Position numbers and translations under genes: made by a program | Virus record (IMG/VR): IMGVR_UViG_3300008255_000178 | Coordinates: 1-47,849 of that record | Source of the DNA: a virus | Taxonomy: Duplodnaviria > Caudoviricetes | DNA length: 47,849 nt | Direction: 5' to 3' (one strand) | Shown: positions 34,699-43,722 of the stretch, piece by piece | Layout: each line of letters starts with the position of its first letter | Position numbering within the stretch: the first letter of the stretch is position 1 | Notes under the pieces: model-generated | What the model was told of the DNA's origin: nothing | Database searches by the model: none | What the model saw: only the letters and a program-made list of their open reading frames with translations

Positions 34699-35427
34699 AT
34701 GCTCGACTACGCTGCCGTCGCTGTACCGCGCCTCACAGGTCAGTTTGAGAACTCGCCTAAACTGAAGGCCTTGATGGCTGCGATTGTGGGCCCGCTGACC
34801 ACATTGGAAAGCGACGCTGACGCACTTATCGCGGAGCGTTGGATCGACACTGCGAACGGTAAGCAGCTTGACGGCTGCGGACACATTGTCGGCGAAAGCA
34901 GGCAGGGTCGTGATGATGATGCGTATCGTGCGGCCATTAAGTTCCGCGTGTTCGTCAATATCTCAAAGGGTACGCCAACCGATCTGATTCGCGGTCTGAA
35001 GTTCCTTACCAATCCGACCGACTGCCAGTATCTGGAGGCGTATCCTGCCACCGCTTTGCTTTTCACGAACGGGTTCTTTGTTGATCACAAGATCCAGGCA
35101 GCAATGCAGGATCTGGCGCCCGCAGCGATCAGCCACGTACCTGTGGCGGTATCTTTCCGCGACAAGCCGTTCCGCTTTGCGAAGGAACCAATTCCAGGAG
35201 AGTTTTTTGTCAATAACGCTGCTGACTATTTGACAGCGAACGGAAGTGACATTCAAGTCAGCCAAGGTGCTCTGGCAACAGGGTCCGCAACGCTGGGCGG
35301 TGTTGTTCCCGCAGAGCTTGACGTCGGAATTGGATACCTGGACGTTGGCGGGCCGACGCTCGCTGTGTATAATCCAAACAGTTTGAACACACTCGGTCAT
35401 CATAATCTCACAGGGGTCTTTCAATGA
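34699..35427 (+). CDS. Baseplate wedge/fibre attachment protein (DUF2612-like)
   Basis: QFENSPKL, IDTANGKQLD..GHIVG..R, DDDAYR. Confidence 0.78.
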   Translation: MLDYAAVAVPRLTGQFENSPKLKALMAAIVGPLTTLESDADALIAERWIDTANGKQLDGCGHIVGESRQGRDDDAYRAAIKFRVFVNISKGTPTDLIRGLKFLTNPTDCQYLEAYPATALLFTNGFFVDHKIQAAMQDLAPAAISHVPVAVSFRDKPFRFAKEPIPGEFFVNNAADYLTANGSDIQVSQGALATGSATLGGVVPAELDVGIGYLDVGGPTLAVYNPNSLNTLGHHNLTGVFQ

Positions 35428-35867
35428 TTCAGTTCGCTGAAGATTACGTCGGTTATCCCGACGGCCAGCAGAATGTGGGACAGCCCCCTGACGCAGTGCT
35501 GTCACAAGGCTTTATTCCTGAGACTGCTGGTGGGCGTGGGCAACCCCTGCCAGCACAATGGCTCAACTGGCTCTTCCAGAAAGTGTTTCGCTACATCAAC
35601 CGCGATCGCGTCAGCGATGCCAACGGGGTGGGCCTTTTTACCGTACCGAACAGCGTCATTCGCCTGGAGGCGTTTGACCGCGCCGACCCGAACAAATACA
35701 TCATCGCTATCGGGTACAAGGGGGCAGCGGACGCCGTGCATACGCTGAAAGTGATCAACAGTGCCACCCTTACCCTTGGCACGGCCACGGTCGGCGGCAA
35801 TCAACCCGTAAGCGGCGGAGCCAGTGTGGTTATTATGGCAACGTCCCGTCAATTTGGAGATCTGTAA
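35424..35867 (+). CDS. Tail fibre-associated protein
   Basis: GFIP...PAQWLNWLF fibre-anchor motif. Confidence 0.65.
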   Translation: MIQFAEDYVGYPDGQQNVGQPPDAVLSQGFIPETAGGRGQPLPAQWLNWLFQKVFRYINRDRVSDANGVGLFTVPNSVIRLEAFDRADPNKYIIAIGYKGAADAVHTLKVINSATLTLGTATVGGNQPVSGGASVVIMATSRQFGDL

Positions 35868-35869
35868 TT

Positions 35870-37114
35870 ATGGCACTCACCGCAACCGAGGAAGCTCTAG
35901 TTCGTCAATTAATCAACCAACAAGCTGCAATTCTATCCTTGGCAGGTAACGAATCAACCATCACATCTAAACTTGGCGCTACAAAAGTCACGCTCTCGGA
36001 TCTGGTTGCTGCTAGTACGTTGGCCGGAGCGGACCTTTTTCTGACTCGACAAGGAGTGACCGAAAAAAGTCTGAGAGCGGACATCCTCGCCGATTATGTA
36101 AAAGGCACCCTAAATCTGTCGATGCAAGGAAGTAATATCCTTATCAACGGAGGATTCGCAATAACCCATCGTGGGGAGACGTGGCCTGCTATAGCGCATT
36201 TCACAGTCACGGCGGCGAGGTGGAGATTTGGCCAATCCGCAGGATCCGCTCAATTCCAGCTGAGTAGAATACAGGATGCTCCTACGCCTGCAAGCCAATT
36301 TTCCCTTAACGCAGAGGTGACCACTGCGAGCCCGAGTCCCGCTTCGAACAGCGAAGCGCATATTCGCTATGCAGTAGAAGGCAGGCAGGCAGGTCTTCAG
36401 ATAAGAGATAAGGTTGTAACTCTGTCATTCTGGGTAAAAACAAATTATCCAGGAACATATTCAATTGCAATAGTCAAGCCTGATAGTTCTGGGGCAACAG
36501 AGGAGACGTATCTCGCATCTTATACGGTCAATGCGTCAGGCGTATGGGAGAAAAAGTCTATCGTAATAGACTTGTCGGCTTCTGTGAACAGGACTTGGAG
36601 GCTTGACCAAAATTATGCAATTAAGCTCCGGTTTTCCTATTACGCGGGCTCCTCTTTCACAGGAAATCAAGGTTGGCAATCCGGTAATCTTATTGCCGTG
36701 TCCGGGAGCCGAAATCTTGCGAACAGTGTTGGAAATTATCTGAGAATTGGCGAAGTAAAGCTAGAGAGCGGAAATACAGCAACCCCATTCATACAGAAGG
36801 CCATCACGCAAGAGCTTATCGATGTTCAGCGGTACGAATTGATTGTTGGTAGCAGCAATTTAGATTCTGTCGGCGTAACCGGATACGCCGGAGCAGCAGG
36901 TGAAACGGCGTATCAGACAATTCAGTACCCCACAACAATGAGGGCTGAGCCTATTCCAACGCTTGCGACATTTCAAGTGGCGAACTGCGCCCAGCCTACA
37001 TTCCTACCAGGACTGAATAGTGGAACTCTTAAAATAACGGCGTCTGGTGTAGGCCGCTTTGCTGCCCGTAGTGGAAATTCCGGAACTCCGTTGTTCCTGG
37101 ACGCAGAACTTTAA
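35870..37114 (+). CDS. Tail fibre/receptor-binding protein
   Basis: NILINGGF, VTLSFWVK, VKLESGNTATPF...EL...QRY motifs; lower-GC C-terminal part. Confidence 0.8.
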   Translation: MALTATEEALVRQLINQQAAILSLAGNESTITSKLGATKVTLSDLVAASTLAGADLFLTRQGVTEKSLRADILADYVKGTLNLSMQGSNILINGGFAITHRGETWPAIAHFTVTAARWRFGQSAGSAQFQLSRIQDAPTPASQFSLNAEVTTASPSPASNSEAHIRYAVEGRQAGLQIRDKVVTLSFWVKTNYPGTYSIAIVKPDSSGATEETYLASYTVNASGVWEKKSIVIDLSASVNRTWRLDQNYAIKLRFSYYAGSSFTGNQGWQSGNLIAVSGSRNLANSVGNYLRIGEVKLESGNTATPFIQKAITQELIDVQRYELIVGSSNLDSVGVTGYAGAAGETAYQTIQYPTTMRAEPIPTLATFQVANCAQPTFLPGLNSGTLKITASGVGRFAARSGNSGTPLFLDAEL

Positions 37115-37126
37115 TTGGGGGTCACT

Positions 37127-37381
37127 GTGGATCAAACCATCATCAACTGGCTCTTAGCGGGATTCGGAGCACTCATCGGATTCTTACTCAATGCAGTGTG
37201 GCAAGCGGTAAAAGACTTGCAGACCGCTGACAAACAGATTGTCGAGAAGGTCAGCCAGATCGAAGTTCTGGTGGCGGGAGCATACGTCAAGAAAGACGAT
37301 TTCATGTCCCACATGACGGCACTGTTCGCTAAGCTGGACAAGATCGAAGACAAGATTGACAAAAAGGCGGACAAGCAATGA
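37127..37381 (+). CDS. Single-TM coiled-coil protein (putative holin-like lysis protein)
   Basis: WLLAGFGALIGFLLNAVW TM helix then ...LDKIEDKIDKKADK; precedes the endolysin. Confidence 0.65.
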   Translation: MDQTIINWLLAGFGALIGFLLNAVWQAVKDLQTADKQIVEKVSQIEVLVAGAYVKKDDFMSHMTALFAKLDKIEDKIDKKADKQ

Positions 37382-37752
37382 TTGACTGGAAAAAGTATCC
37401 AAACTTCAGCGAAGCAGAATTTCGCTGTAAGCATACGGGGAAATGCAACATGCAAGCCCCGTTCCTGGACGTGTTGCAAGCCATTCGCACTGAGTACGGC
37501 AAGTCCATGAAGGTCACCAGCGGATACCGGGATCCCTCGCATCCCGTCGAAGCTAAGAAGGGTCATTCCAACGGTGAGCACACGAAAGGCGCCTGCGCCG
37601 ATATCGCGTGTGACAACGGTGCGGACCGCTTCCGGCTGGTGCAGCTTGCACTGAAGCACGGCATCACCCGCATCGGTGTGGCCAAGAACTTCTTGCATCT
37701 GGGAATCGGTGGCCCGGGTCTGCCGAATAACGTCATCTGGGATTATCAATGA
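37378..37752 (+). CDS. Endolysin, peptidase M15A family
   Basis: NFSEAEFRC, VTSGYR...H, H..G.CADI, FLHL zinc ligands. Confidence 0.88.
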   Translation: MIDWKKYPNFSEAEFRCKHTGKCNMQAPFLDVLQAIRTEYGKSMKVTSGYRDPSHPVEAKKGHSNGEHTKGACADIACDNGADRFRLVQLALKHGITRIGVAKNFLHLGIGGPGLPNNVIWDYQ

Positions 37753-38279
37753 ACTGGTCAGACGTAGGTAGTTGGCTCAAGAACAACGCGGGCACTGGCG
37801 CCGCACTGGTGGGCAGCTTGCTCACCGGGAACGTGCCTGGGGCCGTTGCTGCCGGTGTTGCGCTGGTGGGCAGTGCTACTGGCACCAACGACCCCGCAAA
37901 GGCCCTAGCCGCCTTGCAGGGCGACCCCGCAACGGTGCTCAAGCTGCGCGAGCTTGCTGTGCAGGAAGAAGCAAGCATTCGCGAGCACATCCGAACGATG
38001 GAAGAGATGCGACTCAAGGACGAACAAGCTGCGCACGAGCAGCAACAGATCACCATCCGCACGGGCGATACTGCGGAAGACGAATACGTTCGCCACACGC
38101 GACCGATGATGGCTCGCCAGAGCTGGTACGCCACAATGGCATACATCATCGGATTCGAAGGGCTCAAAGCTGCGGACGTGTTCAAGGTGGGCGCGTCCTG
38201 GGACTTGGCGATGATCATTATCGCTCCGGCAGCAGCCTACCTAGGCTTCCGCTCGCTGGACAAGTTCCGCAAGAAATAA
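37749..38279 (+). CDS. Putative holin (3TM/GTA-holin-like)
   Basis: N-terminal Gly/Ala hydrophobic region, YVRHTRP, two TM segments, YLGFRSLDK. Confidence 0.72.
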   Translation: MNWSDVGSWLKNNAGTGAALVGSLLTGNVPGAVAAGVALVGSATGTNDPAKALAALQGDPATVLKLRELAVQEEASIREHIRTMEEMRLKDEQAAHEQQQITIRTGDTAEDEYVRHTRPMMARQSWYATMAYIIGFEGLKAADVFKVGASWDLAMIIIAPAAAYLGFRSLDKFRKK

Positions 38280-38306
38280 CGACCCGCATCCTTCTCCTAT
38301 GCGGTT

Positions 38307-38348
38307 GGCGGTCACGTTTGGATATGGCGTGACCGCCCTTTTTATTTT
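38307..38348 (+). terminator. Terminator at the convergence of the two arms
   Basis: GGCGGTCACG/CGTGACCGCC stem followed by CTTTTTATTTT. Confidence 0.75.
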
Positions 38349-38554
38349 CGGCAGGCAGTGCGGTAGATGCCGTCATAGTCGGGCCACCCTTTCGACGGGT
38401 CAGTCTTGTTGAGCTCCACCATCTCGCAATAATGCTCGAGCTGCGCTTGCTCGGATTCGTAGTCCATTGTTCCAGCAAAACCGAACAGGATAAGCCCCGC
38501 AAGGACGGCGCAGATGGTGTAGAAGTTGTCTTTTAGAATGCTAGTGCGACGCAT
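38342..38554 (-). CDS. Small membrane-anchored hypothetical protein
   Basis: GAGG RBS; TM helix then GTMDY...YCEMV...GWPDY. Confidence 0.7.
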   Translation of the reverse strand: MRRTSILKDNFYTICAVLAGLILFGFAGTMDYESEQAQLEHYCEMVELNKTDPSKGWPDYDGIYRTACRK

Positions 38555-38562
38555 GATGTTCC

Positions 38563-38826
38563 TCAGATGTACTGGTTGTTCTGGAGCCAACCTTTGAAGG
38601 ACTTAACGTCCCCGCGATGGACTCGCCCACGGTGCTGCCACTTGTTGCTGGGCGGATAGTACATGACGGCGCCGTGCTCGGTGTCAATGCGGAACACGTT
38701 CTTTGACTGCTCGCGGGCAGGAATGCCCATCTCTGTCAGGTGCTGAATATTCACTTCAGCCTTCTCCGCTCGGCGCTCCTTGTGGTACTGCTTGAGCGCG
38801 TTCATTTCTTCTGCCATGTCACCCAT
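38563..38826 (-). CDS. Hypothetical protein
   Basis: AAAGGAG RBS before MGDMAEE. Confidence 0.7.
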   Translation of the reverse strand: MGDMAEEMNALKQYHKERRAEKAEVNIQHLTEMGIPAREQSKNVFRIDTEHGAVMYYPPSNKWQHRGRVHRGDVKSFKGWLQNNQYI

Positions 38827-38912
38827 GTTGGGACTCCTTTTTGGTGGTTGCGGGTTGCACAGGGCCGGCAGAGGCCGCGATCGCAGCCTCGCCGGTGTAA
38901 GGGTATTGGCTG

Positions 38913-39623
38913 TCACTTCAGCCGCTTAAAGCCGTTGGCGCTGCTGCCTACTTGCTGGTTGAGGGACACGGTCTTTCCGTACTCGCGACCCTCGTAGAAC
39001 GCACCAGCCCGAAGCGAGTTGTCGGCACGCGCCTTCGCTGTGGTCAGAGACAGCCCTTCATTGTCCAGCCACTTCTGGTTCGCGTCCGCTTCGCGTTGGT
39101 GCAAGCTGACCAGAACGAGCGCGGTGCCGGGCGTGCTTTCAGTGTCGGTCTTGATCATCTCTTCAACCCGCTTGCGAATGCTATCGACCGTCCCAACACA
39201 GAACGAACGTCCCTGCGGCGTCGTGGGCGACTTGTAACGGCTGGTGGCTTCGCGCTTGACGGACTTGATCAGGAACTCCGCCATGTAACGGGCAGTGATG
39301 CAGTTACTTTGACGACCGACGAAACAATGCTTGTCCTTTCCGGACGTACCTGTGCCGCTGTAGAAGTACCGGCAGAAGAACAGTTTGGCGACCGCTTGCG
39401 CAAGGCTGCGGGCCCAACGGTCGGCGCTGATGACCACATCCTGACGCTCGCGTGCTTCGGTTGAATCGTCTTCGGGCAGGTCAGCCATCGACAGATTGTA
39501 CTTCGCCAGCAGGTTATAGGCCATGCGCAGCGCGGTCTCGCGCTCGGCTTCGGTTGCGCCTGCATCGTTGCCCAGCGCAACCATTTTCTTGACGCGCTCG
39601 AGGATCTTGTTGGTGTCGGTCAT
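38913..39623 (-). CDS. DUF2786-domain protein
   Basis: KILERVKKMVAL...ATEAERETALRMAYNLLAKYNL N-terminal motif; TAAGGAG RBS. Confidence 0.8.
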   Translation of the reverse strand: MTDTNKILERVKKMVALGNDAGATEAERETALRMAYNLLAKYNLSMADLPEDDSTEARERQDVVISADRWARSLAQAVAKLFFCRYFYSGTGTSGKDKHCFVGRQSNCITARYMAEFLIKSVKREATSRYKSPTTPQGRSFCVGTVDSIRKRVEEMIKTDTESTPGTALVLVSLHQREADANQKWLDNEGLSLTTAKARADNSLRAGAFYEGREYGKTVSLNQQVGSSANGFKRLK

Positions 39624-39633
39624 GTTCTTCTCC

Positions 39634-39840
39634 TTAGTTAGCGGTGGCGGCTTTGTAATCGGGGTGGAACACGCCGACGGAATAGGCCAGGGATTTGATT
39701 GCGTGCATACGGGCGGCGGCGTACTCCTTGCGCCACTCCAGGTCTTCTGCCTGCTTGAGGCACAGAACCGCGCTGCTCTGCATCGCGGCACCGTTGTTGG
39801 CGTGCTTACGCGCCAGATCGATAAGCTCACGGACGGTCAT
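39634..39840 (-). CDS. Hypothetical protein
   Basis: MTVRELIDLARKH...SLAYSVGVFHPDY; packed in the operon. Confidence 0.65.
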   Translation of the reverse strand: MTVRELIDLARKHANNGAAMQSSAVLCLKQAEDLEWRKEYAAARMHAIKSLAYSVGVFHPDYKAATAN

Positions 39841-39841
39841 C

Positions 39842-40051
39842 TTAGCCTGCCACGTGGAAGTGAAAATGGACACCCGCTTGGAGGGCTCGCTCGTCAAGGA
39901 AGACGGGGTAATAACGATTATCTTCCGTCTTCATTACGATGTACGTCAGACCGTCGTTGTCGGCTTCCGGGAACTTCTTTTCGACTGCCTTGATTGCGTT
40001 TTCGATGGAAGCGTAGGTCTTTGTCGTTTCGAGTTTGAGGTAGCGTGCCAT
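39842..40051 (-). CDS. Hypothetical protein
   Basis: AGGAG RBS before MARYLKLE. Confidence 0.7.
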   Translation of the reverse strand: MARYLKLETTKTYASIENAIKAVEKKFPEADNDGLTYIVMKTEDNRYYPVFLDERALQAGVHFHFHVAG

Positions 40052-40084
40052 TTCAGTTCTCCTGGATGCGTTGGACATGAGTGC

Positions 40085-40114
40085 AGTATAGTGGAACAGT
40101 TCTAACTTGTGCAA
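40085..40114 (-). promoter_or_regulatory. Sigma70-like promoter TTGCAC-N18-TATACT overlapped by a 13-bp inverted repeat
   Basis: Boxes visible; AT-rich UP-like element upstream. Confidence 0.65.
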
Positions 40115-40149
40115 GAATTATTTTAGTCGAACTGTTCCACTGGCACGCA

Positions 40150-40626
40150 TCAGGCAGAAATGCGACGCTCTGCGACGCGGCGGTTCTTGACGCCACGCGG
40201 GAGCTTGACTTGCTTGACCCGGCGCTCGGTCCTGCGACGCTCGGTCTTCTTAGCGGGGGCACCGTAGCCGTGGAAGCGTCTCCAGTTGTAATACTCGATC
40301 CGGGTGTTGTTCGCGTTCCAACCTTCGGCGTGTGCCATTGCGATCACCTCCGGCAGCGTGGGCTCCATACCAGCCTTGCGCATGGTGTCCAGCTTGGCCC
40401 AGACCGTGTGGCACTTGCCCCCATGCTTAGGGTGGCGCACACCGTTCTGGATTGCACGCTCGGACGGTGCCGCGTCGCCTTGTGACAGTGCAACCTTTAC
40501 CAAGCAGGCATGGACCGCTTCATGCACAGCAGCGGGGAGAACCTTGCCGATGTGTTCCAGGACAGCCTTCTCGAACTCAGCTTCGTTGTTGAAGGTCACT
40601 TGCTTCGGGGTCTTGTTTGCAGTCAT
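40150..40626 (-). CDS. Hypothetical protein with shared C-terminal helical domain (paralogue 3) and Arg-rich tail
   Basis: QNGVRHPKHGGKCHTVW...GWNANNTRIEYYNWRRFHG; AAGGAG RBS. Confidence 0.8.
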   Translation of the reverse strand: MTANKTPKQVTFNNEAEFEKAVLEHIGKVLPAAVHEAVHACLVKVALSQGDAAPSERAIQNGVRHPKHGGKCHTVWAKLDTMRKAGMEPTLPEVIAMAHAEGWNANNTRIEYYNWRRFHGYGAPAKKTERRRTERRVKQVKLPRGVKNRRVAERRISA

Positions 40627-40679
40627 TTCCATCTCCTTGGGGTTGAGGGTTAGGACGCATCGTTGCATCCATGACCTGC

Positions 40680-40708
40680 ACTTTAGGTGACGCACGTTAA
40701 GCCTGCAA
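40680..40708 (-). promoter_or_regulatory. Sigma70-like promoter TTGCAG-N17-TAAAGT
   Basis: Intergenic, 17-nt spacer. Confidence 0.6.
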
Positions 40709-40759
40709 TACATAGTTCCATGTAATTTGCGTTTGCGCAAGGATGTTACAATTGAAGCG

Positions 40760-42763
40760 TCAAATGTAACCAATGTCCCGAAGCATCCGTTCCGCCTCCG
40801 CTTCGTACCATTCATAATTGACATCTTGCGGAAAGGTAGCAGGTAGATCCATCAAAGGTTTTGCACCCTCCGAGCGGGGCACCTTGTTCCCGCTGTCCGC
40901 ATACACAATCTCGCCTTCCTCGCCCGCCGCATAGTACCAGCGGATGGACTTGCCGAGGAACTGACCGTCCTTCACTGCGCCACCCTTTACAGTACGCACG
41001 GACACGAACTTCCGGATGTCGGTACAGGATCGCACTGTGGTCATCACGGGCGTGCCCTTGGTAAGCAACGCAATGACCGCATCGACACAGATCTGGTTCG
41101 TGGGGTTCTTCTGCAAGCCAGTCTTGGCGTAGGCACCCTTCGTCTTGCAGCCGTCCTCCTGGTAGAGCCATTGCTTCGTTTCTTTGTCAAACTTTTTCTT
41201 GACTGCAATGTAGTTATTCACGTCCCGGCTGAAAACAGCGAGGTATTGCGTGTCTTCGGTTTCGAACCCTGTGTCGAGTTCCCATTGCTTCACAATCGCG
41301 TCGCATTCCGCTTGGCGTGCTGTGGGGCACTTGATCACGATGCCGTCCGTGTTGGCGCTGACCACATTGATTCCAACCAGCTCCAAGCGCTCGATCAGCA
41401 TCAGCAGTGATAGCTGGCCCGTGACCGTCACTTGGATCAGCAGGTCGGGCGCGTAGAGTACGGAGTACCTGCTGCCCAGCTTGCCGAAGGATCCGTTGAT
41501 GGTAATCTTCAGCGAGTCCGCGATCACCTTGTTGCCAGCGTGTTTGGCTGCAATACGGCGTTCAACCAGCGTACGATAGACGCGGAGGAAGTTGGAGCCC
41601 AAGTGTTGCGGGTACAGACCCTGATTCAAGATGATATACGGGTAATAAGACGTCACGTCGCGGTCAATCAGCAGCGTGTTGGCGTCCGCATAGTGCGCGG
41701 CACACTGCTCGGAGCTGTGCAGACCTCCGATACCCATGCGATACACTGCACCAGCAATTTCCAGGCGCAGTGCTTTCAGTTCCTCGGGCATACCGACGTT
41801 CCCGTCCTCGCTCACAATGAAGTTCGCATTGCGAACAATGTCGAGCGCCCAATTCATCAGCGAGGACTGGTACTTGATGAACGGAGGGATCTTGTATTTA
41901 TACCGCGTGCCCGGTTCAATGACGGGGCGCTGCGCACGCACACCGTTCAACCGCTCAATCTCTTCAGCAATCACAGCCTCAGCAATCTGGGCGTCAGACT
42001 TGCTGCGCAGATCCATCTTGTACTCACGGCCCATGCTTTCGCGGAGGTCAATTTGTTCCTTCAGCGACTCATGCAGAATGGCGGTGTTCGTTAAGTCATT
42101 CACGCAGTACCAGCGAACGATCGCCATCTGTTCCGGGGACAGCATGGTCTCGGGGTGGAATGGCAAGTCTTGCATCCGCGGGGCGTGCAACCTCCCTCCG
42201 TAGATCTTCAAGCTGGCGCGAAGCGGTGCAACCTCAATCAAGTCAATGTGATTCGGTTTAATCCCTTTGACCTTATACGAGCGCAGGACATCCGACGGGC
42301 GCGTGCCATTCACAATGATCTCGTTCGTCGCTGCTTTCAGCTGTGCGTTCGTCTTACCAGCCAGCGCCATCGACAGGATTGGGATGTCGTAGTTCCAGCC
42401 GTTGAAGCTCACAAGGCAGAAAGTGTTGATGATCCATTGGAGCTTGTCGCGGTTGAAGTCGTGGTTCGCTGTACGCTCGAAGTAGATCACCTTTCCGCTC
42501 GCCAGCGACGTGAAGGCGATCAGAAAATAATTGCAGTAGCACTCAATATCGAATACGAACCGTTCGCGCTTGGCAGCGGCAATCGCAAGCTCCCAGTCTT
42601 CAAACTGCGGAACGCGGAACGCCAGTGCGTCTTGCAAGCCCGGCAGGTAGTCTGGGCGCTCCCATGTACGCTCGGGCGGTGTGCGTTTGGGCTTTTCTTG
42701 CTTCGGAGGTTTCGGCGGAGGGGTATCGTTCCAGAAGAACCCTGCCATGTCTGCTCGAGCCAT
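40760..42763 (-). CDS. DNA polymerase, family B-like, with 3'-5' exonuclease
   Basis: FDIECY, FNGWNYD, YCVND exonuclease motifs; DVTSYYP, KITINGSFGK, ANTDG polymerase motifs. Confidence 0.93.
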   Translation of the reverse strand: MARADMAGFFWNDTPPPKPPKQEKPKRTPPERTWERPDYLPGLQDALAFRVPQFEDWELAIAAAKRERFVFDIECYCNYFLIAFTSLASGKVIYFERTANHDFNRDKLQWIINTFCLVSFNGWNYDIPILSMALAGKTNAQLKAATNEIIVNGTRPSDVLRSYKVKGIKPNHIDLIEVAPLRASLKIYGGRLHAPRMQDLPFHPETMLSPEQMAIVRWYCVNDLTNTAILHESLKEQIDLRESMGREYKMDLRSKSDAQIAEAVIAEEIERLNGVRAQRPVIEPGTRYKYKIPPFIKYQSSLMNWALDIVRNANFIVSEDGNVGMPEELKALRLEIAGAVYRMGIGGLHSSEQCAAHYADANTLLIDRDVTSYYPYIILNQGLYPQHLGSNFLRVYRTLVERRIAAKHAGNKVIADSLKITINGSFGKLGSRYSVLYAPDLLIQVTVTGQLSLLMLIERLELVGINVVSANTDGIVIKCPTARQAECDAIVKQWELDTGFETEDTQYLAVFSRDVNNYIAVKKKFDKETKQWLYQEDGCKTKGAYAKTGLQKNPTNQICVDAVIALLTKGTPVMTTVRSCTDIRKFVSVRTVKGGAVKDGQFLGKSIRWYYAAGEEGEIVYADSGNKVPRSEGAKPLMDLPATFPQDVNYEWYEAEAERMLRDIGYI

Positions 42764-43722
42764 TACTGACGCATCCCAATGATCGCGCCGCGCAAGCGGT
42801 CACCGAAGAACATGCAAGGCGAAGGGTATGCTGACCAGTCGATAGACTTACAAGTGCCGTTGAGGAGGTTCAGCATGTCGATCTGATAGACTCCAGTGTG
42901 GTCAAACCCTTCAATCTCATAACCCGCCCCTTCGGTTTCGTCGTCATGGGTTGCTATTTTACCGCCCCCGCGGAACAGGATGCGACCCGCTTTGTCCGTG
43001 AAGGGCTTCAGGGTCTTCAACGCTTCGAACAGGCGCTCGTCAATGGGTTGCGGGTTGCTTTCACGACCGAGCACTTTCGTCAGGTCGGGCCACTTGGTCT
43101 CAAACAACTGTGTCCGCAACCAGCGCCCATTCGTGAAGTGGAAGGTGATGGAGTTGTCGGTCAACTGCACTGCTTCAGGTGCCTCGTCAATGCGGAGCAG
43201 CTCCTTGATCGCAGCTCGAGGGATATTCAGCGGGCGCGGAACGGTGGAGCCTGTCCAATACTCCACGAGCGTGATATTGTTGGTAGCGAACGCACTCTGG
43301 CCTGACAGTAGCACACCGTTCGACCAAGGGCGGGAAGCGTCGTCACCAATGAACGGAGACACAACCTTGAGCGCCTGGAGCATTGCTGCACCGTCAATGG
43401 CCACATGCTCACCCTCGGGTTGAACGTGCGGAGTGCTTTCGTCCGGAAGGCAATCGACAAACGCTTTAAACTTACCGCTCTTGATGGACAGTCGGCCCGC
43501 TGGTGTGAGCGAAAGCTGAACGGTCTCGGTGCAGTTGGCAATCGCCTTCACCAGCGACTCAGCTTTAGGCTTGCACGCAATATCAAACGGGATCGGGCTG
43601 CACAGCGCCAGCATCCCGTTATATCCGCGGACCGTACCGCCCTCAATGACGAAGTGCGTCAGCGCAGGAATGAAGTCCTTCTTGGCGACTGCACCCTGCA
43701 CGAATTTCAGTTCTGTAAGCAT
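42763..43722 (-). CDS. Sliding clamp (DNA polymerase III beta-like)
   Basis: GAVAKKDFIPALTH, SRPWSNGV...ATN, IPRAAIKEL, KWPDL three-domain pattern; adjacent to the polymerase. Confidence 0.82.
   Translation of the reverse strand: MLTELKFVQGAVAKKDFIPALTHFVIEGGTVRGYNGMLALCSPIPFDIACKPKAESLVKAIANCTETVQLSLTPAGRLSIKSGKFKAFVDCLPDESTPHVQPEGEHVAIDGAAMLQALKVVSPFIGDDASRPWSNGVLLSGQSAFATNNITLVEYWTGSTVPRPLNIPRAAIKELLRIDEAPEAVQLTDNSITFHFTNGRWLRTQLFETKWPDLTKVLGRESNPQPIDERLFEALKTLKPFTDKAGRILFRGGGKIATHDDETEGAGYEIEGFDHTGVYQIDMLNLLNGTCKSIDWSAYPSPCMFFGDRLRGAIIGMRQ

Noticed and set aside
37772-38332. Alternative-frame ORF in the holin as an embedded o-spanin
   Set aside because: No signal peptide or lipobox
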